Shown here piece after piece: positions 28,410 through 41,807 of a stretch of 64,000 nucleotides of DNA. Source of the DNA: Octopus sinensis (Eukaryota); contig NC_043006.1 in the NCBI RefSeq assembly GCF_006345805.1, positions 9,176,001-9,240,000 on the forward strand, given 5' to 3'. The translations under genes were made by a program, and so were the position numbers. The notes under the pieces were generated by a model, which saw only the letters and a program-made list of their open reading frames with translations, was not told the origin of the DNA and did not search any database. Numbering within the stretch: the first letter of the stretch is position 1; every line of letters starts with the position of its first letter.

Positions 28410-28685
28410 AAAACATTATTGGTGAATTGAAGAAATGGAGCTGAACGCAGATTGAACAGAAATCGTTTTATTTCATTCTACACGTGTTTCGAAAGGCACA
28501 AATTACCAAAATCCGATTGAATAATGGGACCAATTGTGTCTTTCTCTTCAGAAGAAAACAATATGGTCCCATTATTCAATCGGATTTTGGTAATTTGTGC
28601 CTTTCGAAACACGTGTAGAATGAATAAAACGATTTCTGTTCAATCTGCGTTCAGCTCCATTTATTCAATTCACCAATAATGTTTT
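28410..28685. mobile_element. Near-perfect palindrome (~122-bp arms), Penelope-like inverted pLTR fragment
   Basis: 28410-28532 is the reverse complement of 28564-28685 with one mismatch and one indel seen; the left end abuts (TA)n; contains an HHR on the minus strand. Confidence 0.8.
28470..28563 (-). ncRNA. Type I hammerhead ribozyme motif
   Basis: CUGAAGA (28551-28545), stem II GAAAG/CUUUC extended by CACA/UGUG, GAAA (28490-28487), palindromic stem III ACACGUGU, GUA triplet; stem I is weak. Confidence 0.65.
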
Positions 28686-28832
28686 AATTTCAATTATCCG
28701 CACCAACGCACGGTTGCAACGCCAGATGGTTGTACCTCCAACCGTGCTGTTCACTGCTGTGATTTTTGCTACTAAGGTATCGGTTAAACTTTTGATATAA
28801 TCTACTACAAGATTATTCATCTTCTATTTCAC

Positions 28833-28865
<33 letters not shown>

Positions 28866-30244
28866 GTATATGTATATATATATGTATATATATATAAAAT
28901 GCATATATTTATGCTGTGTGTGTTCATATCTATGCATGTGCAATTTTATATATATATAAACACACACACAAACACATAGACACACACACACACACAAACA
29001 TAGACACACACACACACATACACACATATATATGTATGTATGTATGTATGTATATGTATATATATATAAGATCTCGCTGAGTTAGAGGTTAAAATAAATG
29101 TCGAAAATAATTGATGGAAGTTTCCATTATACTACCGGTATATTACCTCTGTTTACACATGGGCATACATATGCAAGCATGTTGTGCTCGTTAATTAGAG
29201 GTCAAGACAAGGAGAACATGAGTTCATCAAAAATAAAAATTTAAATTAAACAGAAAATGGAGAAATACTGATGAACAACAATTGACTTACATCAATTATT
29301 ATTTATTAATTCTAAAGAAATAGACCTCATCCCATCTAACAGCTGTTTCTGCTTCCAGCTTTGTATGTTATTGCCATTTGTTAATAAAGCCGATGTAAAT
29401 AAAGAAGAAAGGTATGGAGAAGATAAAGGGAAAAGATGAATATTGTTGCAATTATACCTTTTTGCTTGTGTATCTTTTTGGGACGTTAAGTAAATGGCTA
29501 AATTTTATATAATAATTAGTGGATTAATCCACGGGGTGTGGATAGGTTGCATAAATGTACACCATTACAACATACACTATTTTTCTATTCATTGATTTAA
29601 CGGTCTCAATAGCTGGTATTTTGTTTTAAATTTTAACTCACCACTTAAATCGAACGTTGTACCTTGACCTATCTCACTTCGGAGTAAAGGTGGAAGGGCT
29701 TAACCACCTACTAGGAAATAAATTTTAAAAATTATATTTAATCGATCAGCACTTTATTAGAATATATACTATTAATTAGTACGGCAAACATAATTATTAT
29801 AAATTATCATGATTAATCTAAAACGTCAGTCTTCAATCTTTCCCAGACAAAAGAAACCCGTTGACGTGTCCCACAATTATTTTTTATTCATCCATCGTAT
29901 CCACCCACCCAACCGTACAAAATATTAATCCATCAATTAGTATTTTAAATTTATCCATTTATTTAACGTGCCAAAGAGTTACACAAGCAAATATCATGAT
30001 TACAACAATATTCAACTTTTCCCTTTTTCATCTCTATGCTCTTCTTTAATTTATTCTTCATTCTGATGAAGGTCCATGTTTAACATCGGTTTTATTACCA
30101 AATATGATAAATATTTTAGCATACCAATAGCAATACCATAAACACTTGAAGCAGAAACAGCTCTTAGATGGGATGGAGCTTATTTGTAGTGAACTAATAA
30201 GTAATAAGTGATGTAAGTCAATTATTGTTCGCCAATAGGAATAT

Positions 30245-30306
30245 TTCCCCTGACGAGGCGAATGGGTCCCTTAAGTGGTCTCTAACGCCGAAATTGCAAT
30301 AGGGAA
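30245..30306 (+). ncRNA. Canonical minimal type I hammerhead ribozyme motif
   Basis: Stem I UUCCC/GGGAA, core CUGACGA (30250-30256), stem II GGCG/CGCC, GAAA (30290-30293), palindromic stem III AUUGCAAU, AUA triplet (predicted cut after 30301). Confidence 0.85.
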
Positions 30307-30568
30307 TTAACCAATTATTTTGAAGCTGTGAATTCTATTTGCCATGTCGCTCGAGGACAGTGTTTATAGTGGGGAGAAATGATATAAGTTTTATAATGGT
30401 TTTATATTGATTTTGGCTGCTATTTTTTTTTAAATGTAAGGGATTTTTAACCCTCTTAGTTATAATTGTAACATAGTTCATAATTATAAATGTTTAACTT
30501 CTTATAATTTATGATAGCATGTTTGCCCTGGATATATTCATAAATATATATATGTATGTATATATATA

Positions 30569-30615
<47 letters not shown>

Positions 30616-30720
30616 GTGTGTGTGGTATATATAAAATTAATTAAGAGTAGAAATTGATATTTATCAATTAAAACCAGTGGTCTAGCATATTAAAAAAGAA
30701 TCCGGAGATTAAAATATTTA

Positions 30721-30980
30721 TATATACCAATTAAGGACTGAACACGAAAAGTGGACAGTCATGCTGATGAATGCTACAGTTATCCTTGCGGATAATAATA
30801 GCCGAAACTGATCAGTACATTGGTAATCATTTTATTTCGTATATTTTCACTCGTTTATTGCTTTGGTTTTGTGCTGAGTTTGATTTGAGAACATAATCTT
30901 TTGTGGAGAATGACGATTTGACGTCTATATCTAGCATGTTGACTATCCACTTTTCGTGTTCAGTCCTTAATTGGTATATA
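30721..30980 (+). mobile_element. 260-bp ORF-less element with 41-bp inverted repeats and an internal HHR
   Basis: 30721-30761 vs 30940-30980 are reverse complements with one mismatch; the right end runs into (TA)n. Confidence 0.75.
30759..30822 (+). ncRNA. Type I hammerhead ribozyme motif (extra-A variant)
   Basis: CUGAUGA (30764-30770), AU, stem II GCUA/UAGC enclosing UUAUCC/GGAUAA, C-GAAA, 10-nt palindrome ACUGAUCAGU, GUA triplet, short stem I AUG/CAU. Confidence 0.7.
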
Positions 30981-31639
30981 TATATATATATAGGGAGATA
31001 TATATATAGATAGATAGATAGCTAGATAGATAGATAGATAGATAGAAAGATAGATAGATAAATAGAAAGATAGATTGATAGATAGATAGAGAGATAGATA
31101 GATGCATATATATTTTTGCATTGCATTTTGCATAAATTACTTAATCTTGTTATGTGCTTATCATCGTAATTTTGCTATATATTTATTATTAGATTACATA
31201 TGGAGATTATACATGTCTACCCTGTAATTTTCGGTTATACGTAGCATACACCTGCAATGAATCCATATAATGTACATAATACGCTTTCTCTTTCTGTAAT
31301 AAATTTTGTATCGCGTATTATATTACATATAATTCATTAAGTAATTCGAATATTAATTGATTTAAGATAATGTTATGTCTGTTGTTAGAAAATTTATTTC
31401 ATAATTTACCTACTTTATCACAGACATTTTCCCGTAATATATTTAGTATGTTGTAATTTGGCTGCACTTTAGTTCATTAAACAATACTTTACTATGAAGT
31501 TAATGTCGATCTTGTTTTGTATCACAACGTGTAAATGAGAAAACTATAATATGTGTATATGCATCTCTGTGTGAAACTATGTATCTATACGAACGCAAAA
31601 ATGCATTTGAAGAGATGTGCACACTGCCTCTAGCAACGT

Positions 31640-31920
31640 CCATATGGCTCAGTTGTTTGAGCGTCGGGCCTACAATCATGAATTTGTGTGTTCTATACCC
31701 GGACCGGGCTGTGTATTGTGTCCTATAACAAAACACTTTATTTCACATTGCTCTAGTTCACTCACTTATAGAAATCAAGTTCGATGCCACTGGTACCTAG
31801 CTGCATCGGCCATCGCCTTTCCCTTGGAAAGAGGAGAATAGTATGCATCGGCAACTGCTGGTTTTCCATAAACAAACTTGCCGGGACATGTGTCTCGGTG
31901 AGGAAATTCTAGGCACTGTC
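31640..31920 (+). mobile_element. tRNA-derived SINE (fourth type), diverged
   Basis: TGGCTCAGTTG head, CCCGGACCGGGC, TTGTGTCC..AAAACACTTTATTTCACATTGCTC central motif. Confidence 0.6.
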
Positions 31921-31964
31921 TTATGGTCATTCGAGAGCAAATGGGATTTTATACTCTATATGTT

Positions 31965-32155
31965 TAAGTGAATGTTAAATGTCGAGCGAAATTCCTGGCG
32001 ATATTTCGTCCGCTTAACATTCTAAAATTAAATACCGCCGATAAAATGAGGGTCGATAAAATGAGCATCAGTTAAACACTGGGGGGTCGATGTCAATGCC
32101 ATCCCCCTGTCCACGAAATTTCTGGGATTTTACCAAAATTTCAAACGAATGTTTA
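31965..32155 (+). mobile_element. SINE family B, old copy
   Basis: GGGTCGATAAAAT, ACACTGGGGGGTCGATG, CCAAAATTTCAAAC. Confidence 0.55.
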
Positions 32156-32433
32156 TAGTGAAACCCATTTATATATCTTAAATTTTATCCGATGAGCTGG
32201 TAACCGCCTTTTTGGCGAAGAGTACAACAGATTTGCAACGAGTGATTCTAATCAAAATACTGTTTTTTTTGTGCTCGTTAAATAGCACATACAGTTTACA
32301 TCTATGCGTTATACACACACAGACACACACACACAGACACACACAGACACACACACAACACACACACACACACACACACACACAACACACACACACACAC
32401 GCACACGCACACGCACACACACACACACACCAC

Positions 32434-32481
<48 letters not shown>

Positions 32482-32681
32482 ATATATATATAATATATAT
32501 ATATAAGTATATGTATATAGTAATTGTGCGTTTGGCATATGCATGTCGTTCAATTTGCATGTATCTCCCATCTCAAGTTGTGTTTTGCTGAAAATGTGGA
32601 AACGTTAGTGTTAGCTATGAAGCGGTTAGCCTAAAGCAATGCCTTCTGATAAACGTGTATAGATACACACACATATGTATG

Positions 32682-32761
<80 letters not shown>

Positions 32762-33278
32762 CATATATATATGTATGTATATGTGTGTGTGGATATATAT
32801 ATATATATATATGTGTGTGTATGTATATCTGTGTGCATAAACGGAGACATCGCACGTGTGAAAGATTTATATGTCACTCTGTGTGTTCAGGAGTGTGAAT
32901 TTATGCCCGTTTGTCTATGTTTTCAAACTTACTGTAACAGCTGAATATTTACTACAAGATCCATTGTGCCCATATCTAATTTAAGTGTACATATAAAATA
33001 CATGTAGGGTACACTCTAAAATATGCGCCTGTCTACATACACATACAAAATTATATGTATATTTCTATACAGACATATGTGTTTCTACAAGTGTGCGTCT
33101 TCTCAGAGATACGTATAGATGATAAAATGAAGGGGAAAAAAGTGGGGAATTAAGATTTAACGGAAACAGGCTATAGACAATGTAAATGACGCCTAAAAAA
33201 TATCCTAGAAAATCTTACATGAAATAAATCTATTTCGAACTACTGACGAGTGAGATTAGTTCTCATATAGAATATTTT

Positions 33279-34290
33279 CCAAAAATTATAGGCCTATCTC
33301 TCTGACCTCACACATCAGCAAAGTTATGGAACAAATAGTCCGCAAGAAACTAATCATGTTCCTGGAAGAAAATGACATGCTGACTGACACCCAGCATGGA
33401 TTTCGACCAGGTAGAAGCTGCCTAACACAGCTCCTGCAACACTATGACTGGGTGTTAAAACAGCTACTAAATGGCTCAAATGTGGATGTAATATATCTCG
33501 ACTTTGCGAAAGCCTTTGATAAAGTCGACCAGGTATGATTTGTCACAAAATGTGTGGTCTCGGCATAGGGGGAAAACTTGGAGAGTGGCTGCACAACTTC
33601 CGAAAAGTTAGAAGACAGGCAGTTGTGACTAATGTAGCCACCTCCAAGGAAACACAAATAACAAGCGGTGTTCCACAGGGCACTGTCTTGGGACCACTGC
33701 TGTTCATAGTGGCCCTTTCAGACATGCCTTCAGTTGCTAAGATGGCCACCCTTGCTAGCTATGCAGACGACACAAAAGTCTCCCACGCAATACAAAACCC
33801 TGAAAATATTGCGCTTCTGCAACAGGAGTTGGATACAATATACAGATGGGCTGAGGACAGCAACATACAGTTTAATGCAGGTAAGTTCCAGGCCCTGCGC
33901 TACCTGCACACAAAGGTAAACGACATGCAGACTGGATACATTGGCCCGGGAAGAATTGCAATCCCTGAGTGAAAATCAGTGCGTGACCTGGGCATTGACA
34001 CGAGCAATGATGCATCTTTCCAAGTGCATATTACTAATCTGGTCATAAAATGCAGACGGTTAGCTGGATGAATTCTCCGAACTTTCAGAACAAGAGAGAA
34101 AGTGACACTGATGGTCCTCTGGAAAACATTCGTCCTTAGCTGCTTGGACTACTGCTCCCAACTATGGTCACCATACAATATAAAACTAACAGCAGAACTC
34201 GAAGCAATTCAAAGAAGCTACACAAAGAAAATCGTCTCAATGCAAAATATCAGCTACTGGGAAAGACTGAAATATTAAAGCTCTTCTCTC
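33279..34290 (+). mobile_element. CR1/L2-group LINE reverse transcriptase fragment
   Basis: NYRPISLTS, QHGFRPGRSC, YLDFAKAFDKV, SGVPQGTVLGPLLF, YADDTK, DLG, LDYCSQLW; frameshifts and stops. Confidence 0.92.
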
Positions 34291-34327
34291 CCTCTCTCTC
34301 TCTATATATATATTCTTTTCTAATTTT

Positions 34328-34635
34328 ATTATTTGACTTGTTTCAGTCATTTGACTGTGGCCTTATTCTTTGTAAGCCTCTTACTAATATATGCCGTTAG
34401 AGTAAACACCACAGCATCGGTTGTCAAGGTGGGGGAAACAAGAAACCCACATACACTAACATATACATATGTACATAAACGACGGGCTTCTTTCAGTTTC
34501 CGTCTACCAAATCCACTCACAACGCTTTGGGCGCCCCGAGGCTATATTAGAAGACATATACCCAACGTGACACGCAGTGGGACTGAACCCAGAGCCATGT
34601 GGTGAGAAAGCATGATTCTCACTACACAGCCACGT
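34328..34635 (-). mobile_element. SINE family A
   Basis: CTTGTTTCAGTCATTTGACTG...TTTCAGTTTCCGTCTACCAAATCCACTCAC...GGGACTGAACCC...CACACAGCCAC. Confidence 0.85.
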
Positions 34636-34896
34636 CTATTCATGCATAATCTGAAATATACATTGACGTATACATGTATATATATATATATATTATTTTT
34701 ATATGATTGAACGTCAATCATCCATCTTCATGTATCATTTATATTATTATAGATTATTATGCACGTAGAATGCAGGTAACAACAGGATAAGCAAACGTTT
34801 ATCAGGAAACATACAAATATTCAGAATATTTAGATGCGAATCTGCTCCACAATGTTTTCTTCGCCATTATTTCCTCCCCTTCGCAGTTTCCTATCC

Positions 34897-34940
<44 letters not shown>

Positions 34941-35678
34941 ACACTTTCTCTTTTATTCTGTATCGTTGTTCACATGTGACCATCGTCCATCTTTCTTTTC
35001 CGTGCGTAATTATATTTCTTTTCCTTCTGTACTCTCCTAAGGACTGGATGTATTCTACTTATCTCTTCTATCTTTTCTGTTTTCAAAGAAAATATTTATC
35101 CAGCATTTGCTATTTTACACTCGTTCTGGTCTAACGATCCTCCATGTTTGTTTTCGTTCGCTTTCCTTGTATATCTCCACTCTCCTGTTATTCTTCCCAA
35201 ATTTGAGCCTCCATAAATCCAAAATTTTATTTTGGTACTTCGAAAAATCATATTCTCGTTCAATGTTCGAAATGAGGAGTAGATACACCGCCCATGTATT
35301 CAGGTCTGGATTCTACACATTATTACTCTATCTACATCCTATATAAATCACTTATCATAGAACTGAAGATTGGGAGTGTGTCGAACTAATTGAGTATTGA
35401 AACTAGAGACCTTATATCTCAACAATATATGAATAAAATATTAAGAGAAGTTCACTTTAGTACCTTTAATGTGAATGTCTCATTCCTCTGGACTCGGAAT
35501 TAATTTCCCCTAATAATCATAATAATATACATGCATACATACATACATACGTACATACACTTTTATATATATATATATTTTATATATATATATATATACA
35601 TATACACATATATACATATACATACACATATATACATATACATTATATATGTACACACACACACAGACACAGACACAG

Positions 35679-35715
<37 letters not shown>

Positions 35716-35989
35716 GTAGCGGTCACAAAATTTAGCGCTAATACTATGCGTTAAGAATTTGTGAATGCGCTCATTCTCATACCTTTCATGAATGGACATT
35801 AAGTTTCAAAGTAGTTGTCATTCACCATCAATGTTTTTTCCAAAATACTGCTTCAATTACTTGGCTGTGTGTATGCAATACACACGTTTCTCCCCCTTCA
35901 ACATGTCGACCAATCTCTCAGTTGTCACATAAAGATGAGTCAAATTAACGTGACAGTCCCGTATGGGAATTACACCACCGCTGTTTATA

Positions 35990-36025
<36 letters not shown>

Positions 36026-36308
36026 GCATCCTTTTTGTCTCGGGAGACAATGGAGTTGCGCATAAAGTAGTCTAGTCCGGCTTTTACATTTCATGTCCTG
36101 ATATATTTCCTGCTGTGGCTGTGTAGTCCTATCCTGGACAAGCGCTCTCTCTGGCAGGTACAACAAACATAGCGAAGACTGTTCCTCGCTGGTTGTAATG
36201 CTATAGTTTCTTGTTGACGTCTTTTCTTGTCTTTCAATTTCTCCTCTCTCTCTCTCCCTCTCTGTCACTCCTTTGTATTTCCTCTTTTACGCATATATAT
36301 ATATATAT

Positions 36309-36636
36309 AGGAGTGGCTGTGTGGTAAGTAGCATGTTTACCAACCACATGGTTCCGGGTTCAGTCCCACTGCGTGGCACCTTGGGTAAGAGTCTTCTACC
36401 CTAGCCTCGGGCCGACCAAAGCCTTATGAGTGGATTTGGTAGACGGAAACTGAAGAAGCCCGTCGTATATATGTATATATATATGCGTGTGTGTTACTTG
36501 GCGGTTCGGCAAAAGAGACCGATAGAATAAGTACTGGGCTTACAAAAGAATAAGTCCCGGGGTCGCGTTGCTCGATTAAAGGCGTTGCTCCAGCATGGCC
36601 GCAGTCAACTGACTGAAACAAGTAAAAAGAGTAAAG
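36309..36636 (+). mobile_element. SINE family A, young-looking copy with a body deletion
   Basis: AGGAGTGGCTGTGTGGTAAG...GGTTCAGTCCCACTGCGTGGCACC...GACTGAAACAAGTAAAAAGAG. Confidence 0.9.
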
Positions 36637-37495
36637 ATATATATATATATATATGAATGTATGCTATCCTAATTATTATTTGATATAGGGTTATTTAATA
36701 TCTTTGTTAATACCTTTAGTAAAATATATTTTTTAACCTTTTTTATTCTATGTGCAAGCTAAAATATTTTTTCACTTATTTTATTTTCAATGTATGTTGT
36801 CTTAGATAAAGAGATGCGTATAGAATGCAGAATATCTTTTTTTTTTTTGAACATGCTATTAACATTTATTTACATTCCGTTGACACCTGACAGCACTAGG
36901 AGATGATCTTCCTAACTCCTTTTCACTCAGCCACAAGATTGAAACAACACAGAATTATAATATTTATGTTCCAGCTAACAAAAATCATGTTACAGGTTAA
37001 GTAAATTGTGAAATATTTTCGCTCAGTCTCGCAGTAGGAATGTGAATATATCACATAGTTTAGTGTGGTAGCATATTATGGTCTTCTTGTCAATCAAAAT
37101 CACAAAGTTAATTCGATGAAATTCATTGAAAAATATTTTCGACAACATTGGTCGTATTCAAAGGAATCTCTCAACTGTATTATCTTTAAGATTAGATTAA
37201 ATTCTGATCACATTTACCGTACGATAAACCTTCCAGTTTATAACAGAAGTCATGCTGACCTATTTTTACTGCAACCTGAACCGATATATTTATAAATTAA
37301 GATATATCTCAAGGTTCAATTCTGTCATGTTTCGAACACCGATGCATGAACCATATTGACATTGAGTAATATTAATTTTTGTGTTATGCTAACAGTTATA
37401 TCGGAAGCTCCTTTTGTTTATTGTCTTGGTTTGCAGGAAATCATATATCTATGCATGTGTTTCTACGTGTATATACATACGTACATATAATATAT

Positions 37496-37550
<55 letters not shown>

Positions 37551-37689
37551 TATATATATATTATATATATATATATATGCAATACGTTTGTTTAAATTTC
37601 TAATTTGTTTCCTACTTTCCTACATTTGTTTCAGTTTTGCCACTGGAATGCTCGAGCAAATGTTTGGAGCCGAAACCGGAAGTAAAGTC

Positions 37690-39320
37690 TATGAAACGGG
37701 AAGTAAAGGACGCAAACGCAAACGAAAGATGTAGATTCTTGATATGTGTATTACTTTCAAATACCCAAATCATTGGTTGGATATGCCGAATTTCTTGCCC
37801 GAGACACCACCAAAAACAGCAAAATTCATCCAAACATCACTTTTAACTTGTCGATTATGAAACTTCACCAAAGCCGAAAGGTCTTTTGCTTGAAAAGGAA
37901 CAGAATATCACTTAAAATCAATCGATGAGAAATATGTCATCTCTGACACATAGTACGATTTCTAACTTTTTCACGAAGCCAGTCTTTTCTGGGGTATGGG
38001 TGCAAGTCTATTAGAACGACCCAACTACCTAACTGGCATTTAAATTATGGACCACGAAATGTTGGTAGGCCAAGTGTTTTGCCAGCATGCTACCTATTCT
38101 GCCCGTTCACCGCCTTGGTTTCAAATTTGGCACAACACCAGTAAGATAGGAGGAGGGGTAAGCCGATTACATCGACCCCCAATGCTCAAGTTGTACTTAT
38201 TTTATCGACCCCGAAAGGATGAAATGCAAAGTCGACCATGGTGGCAACTGAACTCAGAACGTAATTACGGACGAAATACTACTAAGAATTTAGCCTGGCG
38301 TTTTAACCTTTCTACCAGGTCGACGCTTTAGCATGTACGTATATTAAAAATTGAATACGAGAAGTGCAGATAAGTTATATTTATACATTTCCAACTAATA
38401 ACGAGTACATTTCTTTTGGGTATTTTTTTACCGGTTTGTTTCTTTTAACAAAGGCATCTCATTACTGTGGTGTTTCATATGCTGTGCGTAATGCGATGTT
38501 TCAAGTGTGAAATCATATTTAGCCGATCGTCTCATTGCAAATATCGGAGTTAATGCATTCAATGCAATAAGAATAAGGATTTCTGCAAAAATATGCAATA
38601 AATAAAGTTCCAAAATGATTGATTATGAATGTAGCAACTATATAAATTGAATTATCATGGACAAACTTTGAACAGAAAATTCTTTTAAACAAATGTATGC
38701 AATATGATTAAGTATAAATGATTTGTTGAACGTAAGACTAACTTTGTTACACTGTCCAGTGGTGTACCTCATCTGATTCGTTTTATACACAATGGTAACT
38801 TTCTTGAGGTGGTTGAACTTTTGTCGCATTAGGACCCTGTACTTGAAAACCTTGTATAAAAGGTCAAAGAAAACCAGGAAAATGAGAATCGTTGCAAGTA
38901 TTTTATTTGTTAGCTGAATCACAAAAATCGATGTATTTTTCTTTGTTCCGATCACGTTCTGAAACACATTCACTCTGAAAGATCAAAGACAAATTCTGTT
39001 TAATAATAGAGGTACAACACCTGATTACATACATGTCGAACGGTTTACATTTATCATAAATTATCTTCAAAGAAAAGATTGTTGATCTTAGATTCGAGAA
39101 AGATTTGTAGATTTTGAAGTATATTGAGTGAAAGCAGATTCGGAAATTGCAAACTTGAAATACATAACTTTGTGTATTCACTTTGAGTATTGCAGAGGTC
39201 AAATATACGGCTAGGTTTCTTATGCGGCAGCGTAGTGCATGTCTTGCAGAAAAGATACTACTTAAATGAAAATCTTTTCTCTATTTGATGCATAGATGCG
39301 AAATATTGAATTTTCTGTGG
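37690..39320 (+). mobile_element. Decayed hAT (ZMYM1-like) transposase, interrupted by SINEs
   Basis: Frame fragments YETGSKGRKRKRK (~37700), HNGNFLEVVELLSH*DPVLENL (~38790-38855), LCSDHVLKHIHSERSK (~38940) and EYCRGQ (~39185) follow the conserved order of ZMYM1-like hAT transposases. Confidence 0.6.
38020..38330 (-). mobile_element. SINE family B copy plus adjacent SINE head
   Basis: ACATCGACCCC, TTTTATCGACCCCGAAAGGATGAAA.GCAAAGTCGACC, GAACTCAGAACGTA. Confidence 0.8.
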
Positions 39321-39464
39321 CAAAACTTCACTAAAATTATCCAATGAGTCATTTAATTTTCCCCAAAATATTAAAATTTGCATATCTTTGAGTGTGGACA
39401 AAGGGAACTATGTCTTTTGTCACACGTACATATAGTCTGTCAATCGTTGTTTGGTAGGTGAAAC

Positions 39465-39615
39465 TTCTTATTTCTTTATTGTCTACAAGGGGCTAAATAT
39501 AGAGGGGACAAACAAGGACAAATGGATTAAGTCGACTACATCGATCCCAGTGTGTAACTGGTACTTAATTTATCGACTCCGAAAGGACGAAAGGCAAAGT
39601 CGACCTCGGTGAAAC
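39465..39615 (-). mobile_element. SINE family B 3' part
   Basis: GGGGCTAAATATAGAGGGGACAAACAAGGAC..GGCAAAGTCGACCTCGG is the reverse complement of the 17940-18090 segment. Confidence 0.85.
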
Positions 39616-40257
39616 TTCGACAATGTGAAATCATACGCATCATACTTAAAATGGATCTGCTTGGTCCTCAAGGAGGAATTGAACTTATATTTCACGTCAA
39701 GGACCGAAAGCGATATAGCGTAGGCACCTGGTTCATCACTCTTGTCACGTATATAATACTGTGGAAATTGATTGAAAATTAGAAACCTTTTCGGCGTCCA
39801 GTAAAGCTCGCCTATTTGTGTTTAAATACTATACACCTTTATATGTAACATTGTGAAATGTAATATATTTCATGCCGTAATATATATTTATACACACACA
39901 CACACTCACACACATACACACACACACACACACAGGTGAGCACATAAGTGCAAAACAAGGTGAAAAAATATAGTACTAGAATACGAAAGTTTGAGTAATA
40001 TACTTTTATTGAAACTGCAAAATTATGACAAAGCAAGGTGGAAAAAATAGTTCTCGAATATAAAATATATAGTAATATGCTTCTATTAAAACTGCGAAAT
40101 TATGACAAAACTTACTCAAAATTTCACGTACCCGTTTGTTGGAATGTTGTGCTGAAAAGTGTCCGACGACGGTAATGTGAAACTCTGAGGAACAGTTTTG
40201 TGATAATTTTGCAGCATTAATGAAATAATGTGTGTGTGTATATTTGTGTGTGTGTGT

Positions 40258-40308
<51 letters not shown>

Positions 40309-41761
40309 AGTGTGTGTGTGTTTGTTATCATATAAATAGCACTATAAAATATATTATAGAATACGGAAATATATTATATATAACAGTGTTGGTATTGAAG
40401 TGGTCACCTTTGAAATGTTGTTGGATAGTTGGATGAAAGTGGTAGATCGATTTGACACTATGTTGACAGATATGAAAATATGTCGCTGTCAATGAATTTA
40501 AATTAAACTAGAAGCAGCAAAAAATTCCGTTGGGAGGTGTCAAAAGATGACGGCTAGAGAAAGATCTTTGCACATATGCAAAACAATCTTATATCGGATA
40601 TCTGCTTTTTACTTTTATCTCGTTGTAGATTCTGTCATTGTTTTGCATTGCCAAAATGCTCTGAAACTGGAACAAAATTACCTGATGCGTTTTCTATGTA
40701 TTTAGGAATATTCATTTGTCTACAGGTATTCTCAAATGAAAATGTTTTGACCACAGACAACGTGTCACTTGCCGAATTTGGAAGTGCGGATGAGAAAAAG
40801 AATTTTTTTATGAATTAACATCAAAACCAATGTTACAATGCATCAGTTTTGAGGTAGAACATGAACTTCTTTACACAATATGCGAGTAGCAAAGGGTTGC
40901 TTCAAATATTTTCGAATTATTCCAGAATACTATTATTGATGCTTCCTTCCAAAGATGAAAGTTCAATTTGGAAGCGTAATGTAATAAAGAATAAACTCAA
41001 ACGAAAAACGGTCATTCGGAGATAACTGGACATAGCGAAGCTTAAGGTAACAATAATATACAAGAAAATTATTTAATGTTAGACCTAAAACTATCACAGC
41101 CTGTGTTTTTAGCATTACAATGGTAATTCTAAAATAATAAATTACAATAGAGTTTTGTACTATGTATGCACACAATCTGTGTATACATGTTTATATAAAA
41201 ATGCTGTGTGAATATATACTATTATACATTCACAGCACATGCATTCGCATGCTCTCACAAAAATTCACGCACGTTCCTACACATACACACACAAATACAT
41301 AGACACGCGCACACACATACTCACGTAGATATACAAAATTCAAATAAGTTATCATCTTTAAAAGAATAATGATAAAGTGGCCAGCAAACAGAACTGAATA
41401 GGCAAAATATGTAAAAGAAAATATATATATTAAAAGCCGAGGTACAACATGCACCTGTTTTCTAGAAAAAAAAAGAGTTAAAAGTCTAGAAGGCACGTAT
41501 CTACCACAAAATGTAAACACGCAAGCAGAATGTATCAAATATACTAAAAATCAGTCGTCCCATTAGTTAAACTACAAATAGGAGAGTAGATAACCCAGCG
41601 TCAATTGATTTCACTTTCTGTGCCAAAGGTTGCCATGTTGGTTCGGAAATCGGGGGACCTTTAGCTGTACAGATGCAAATGCAAACGGGATTGAAAATAT
41701 ATCTTTTGAAATAGTTTACGTATACTGTATTTATATATATATATATATGTATGTATGTATG

Positions 41762-41803
<42 letters not shown>

Positions 41804-41807
<4 letters not shown>

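Noticed and set aside
33243-33275. CTGACGA followed by a GTGAGA/TCTCAT stem
   Set aside because: No GAAA after the stem and no stem III, so the HHR is incomplete.
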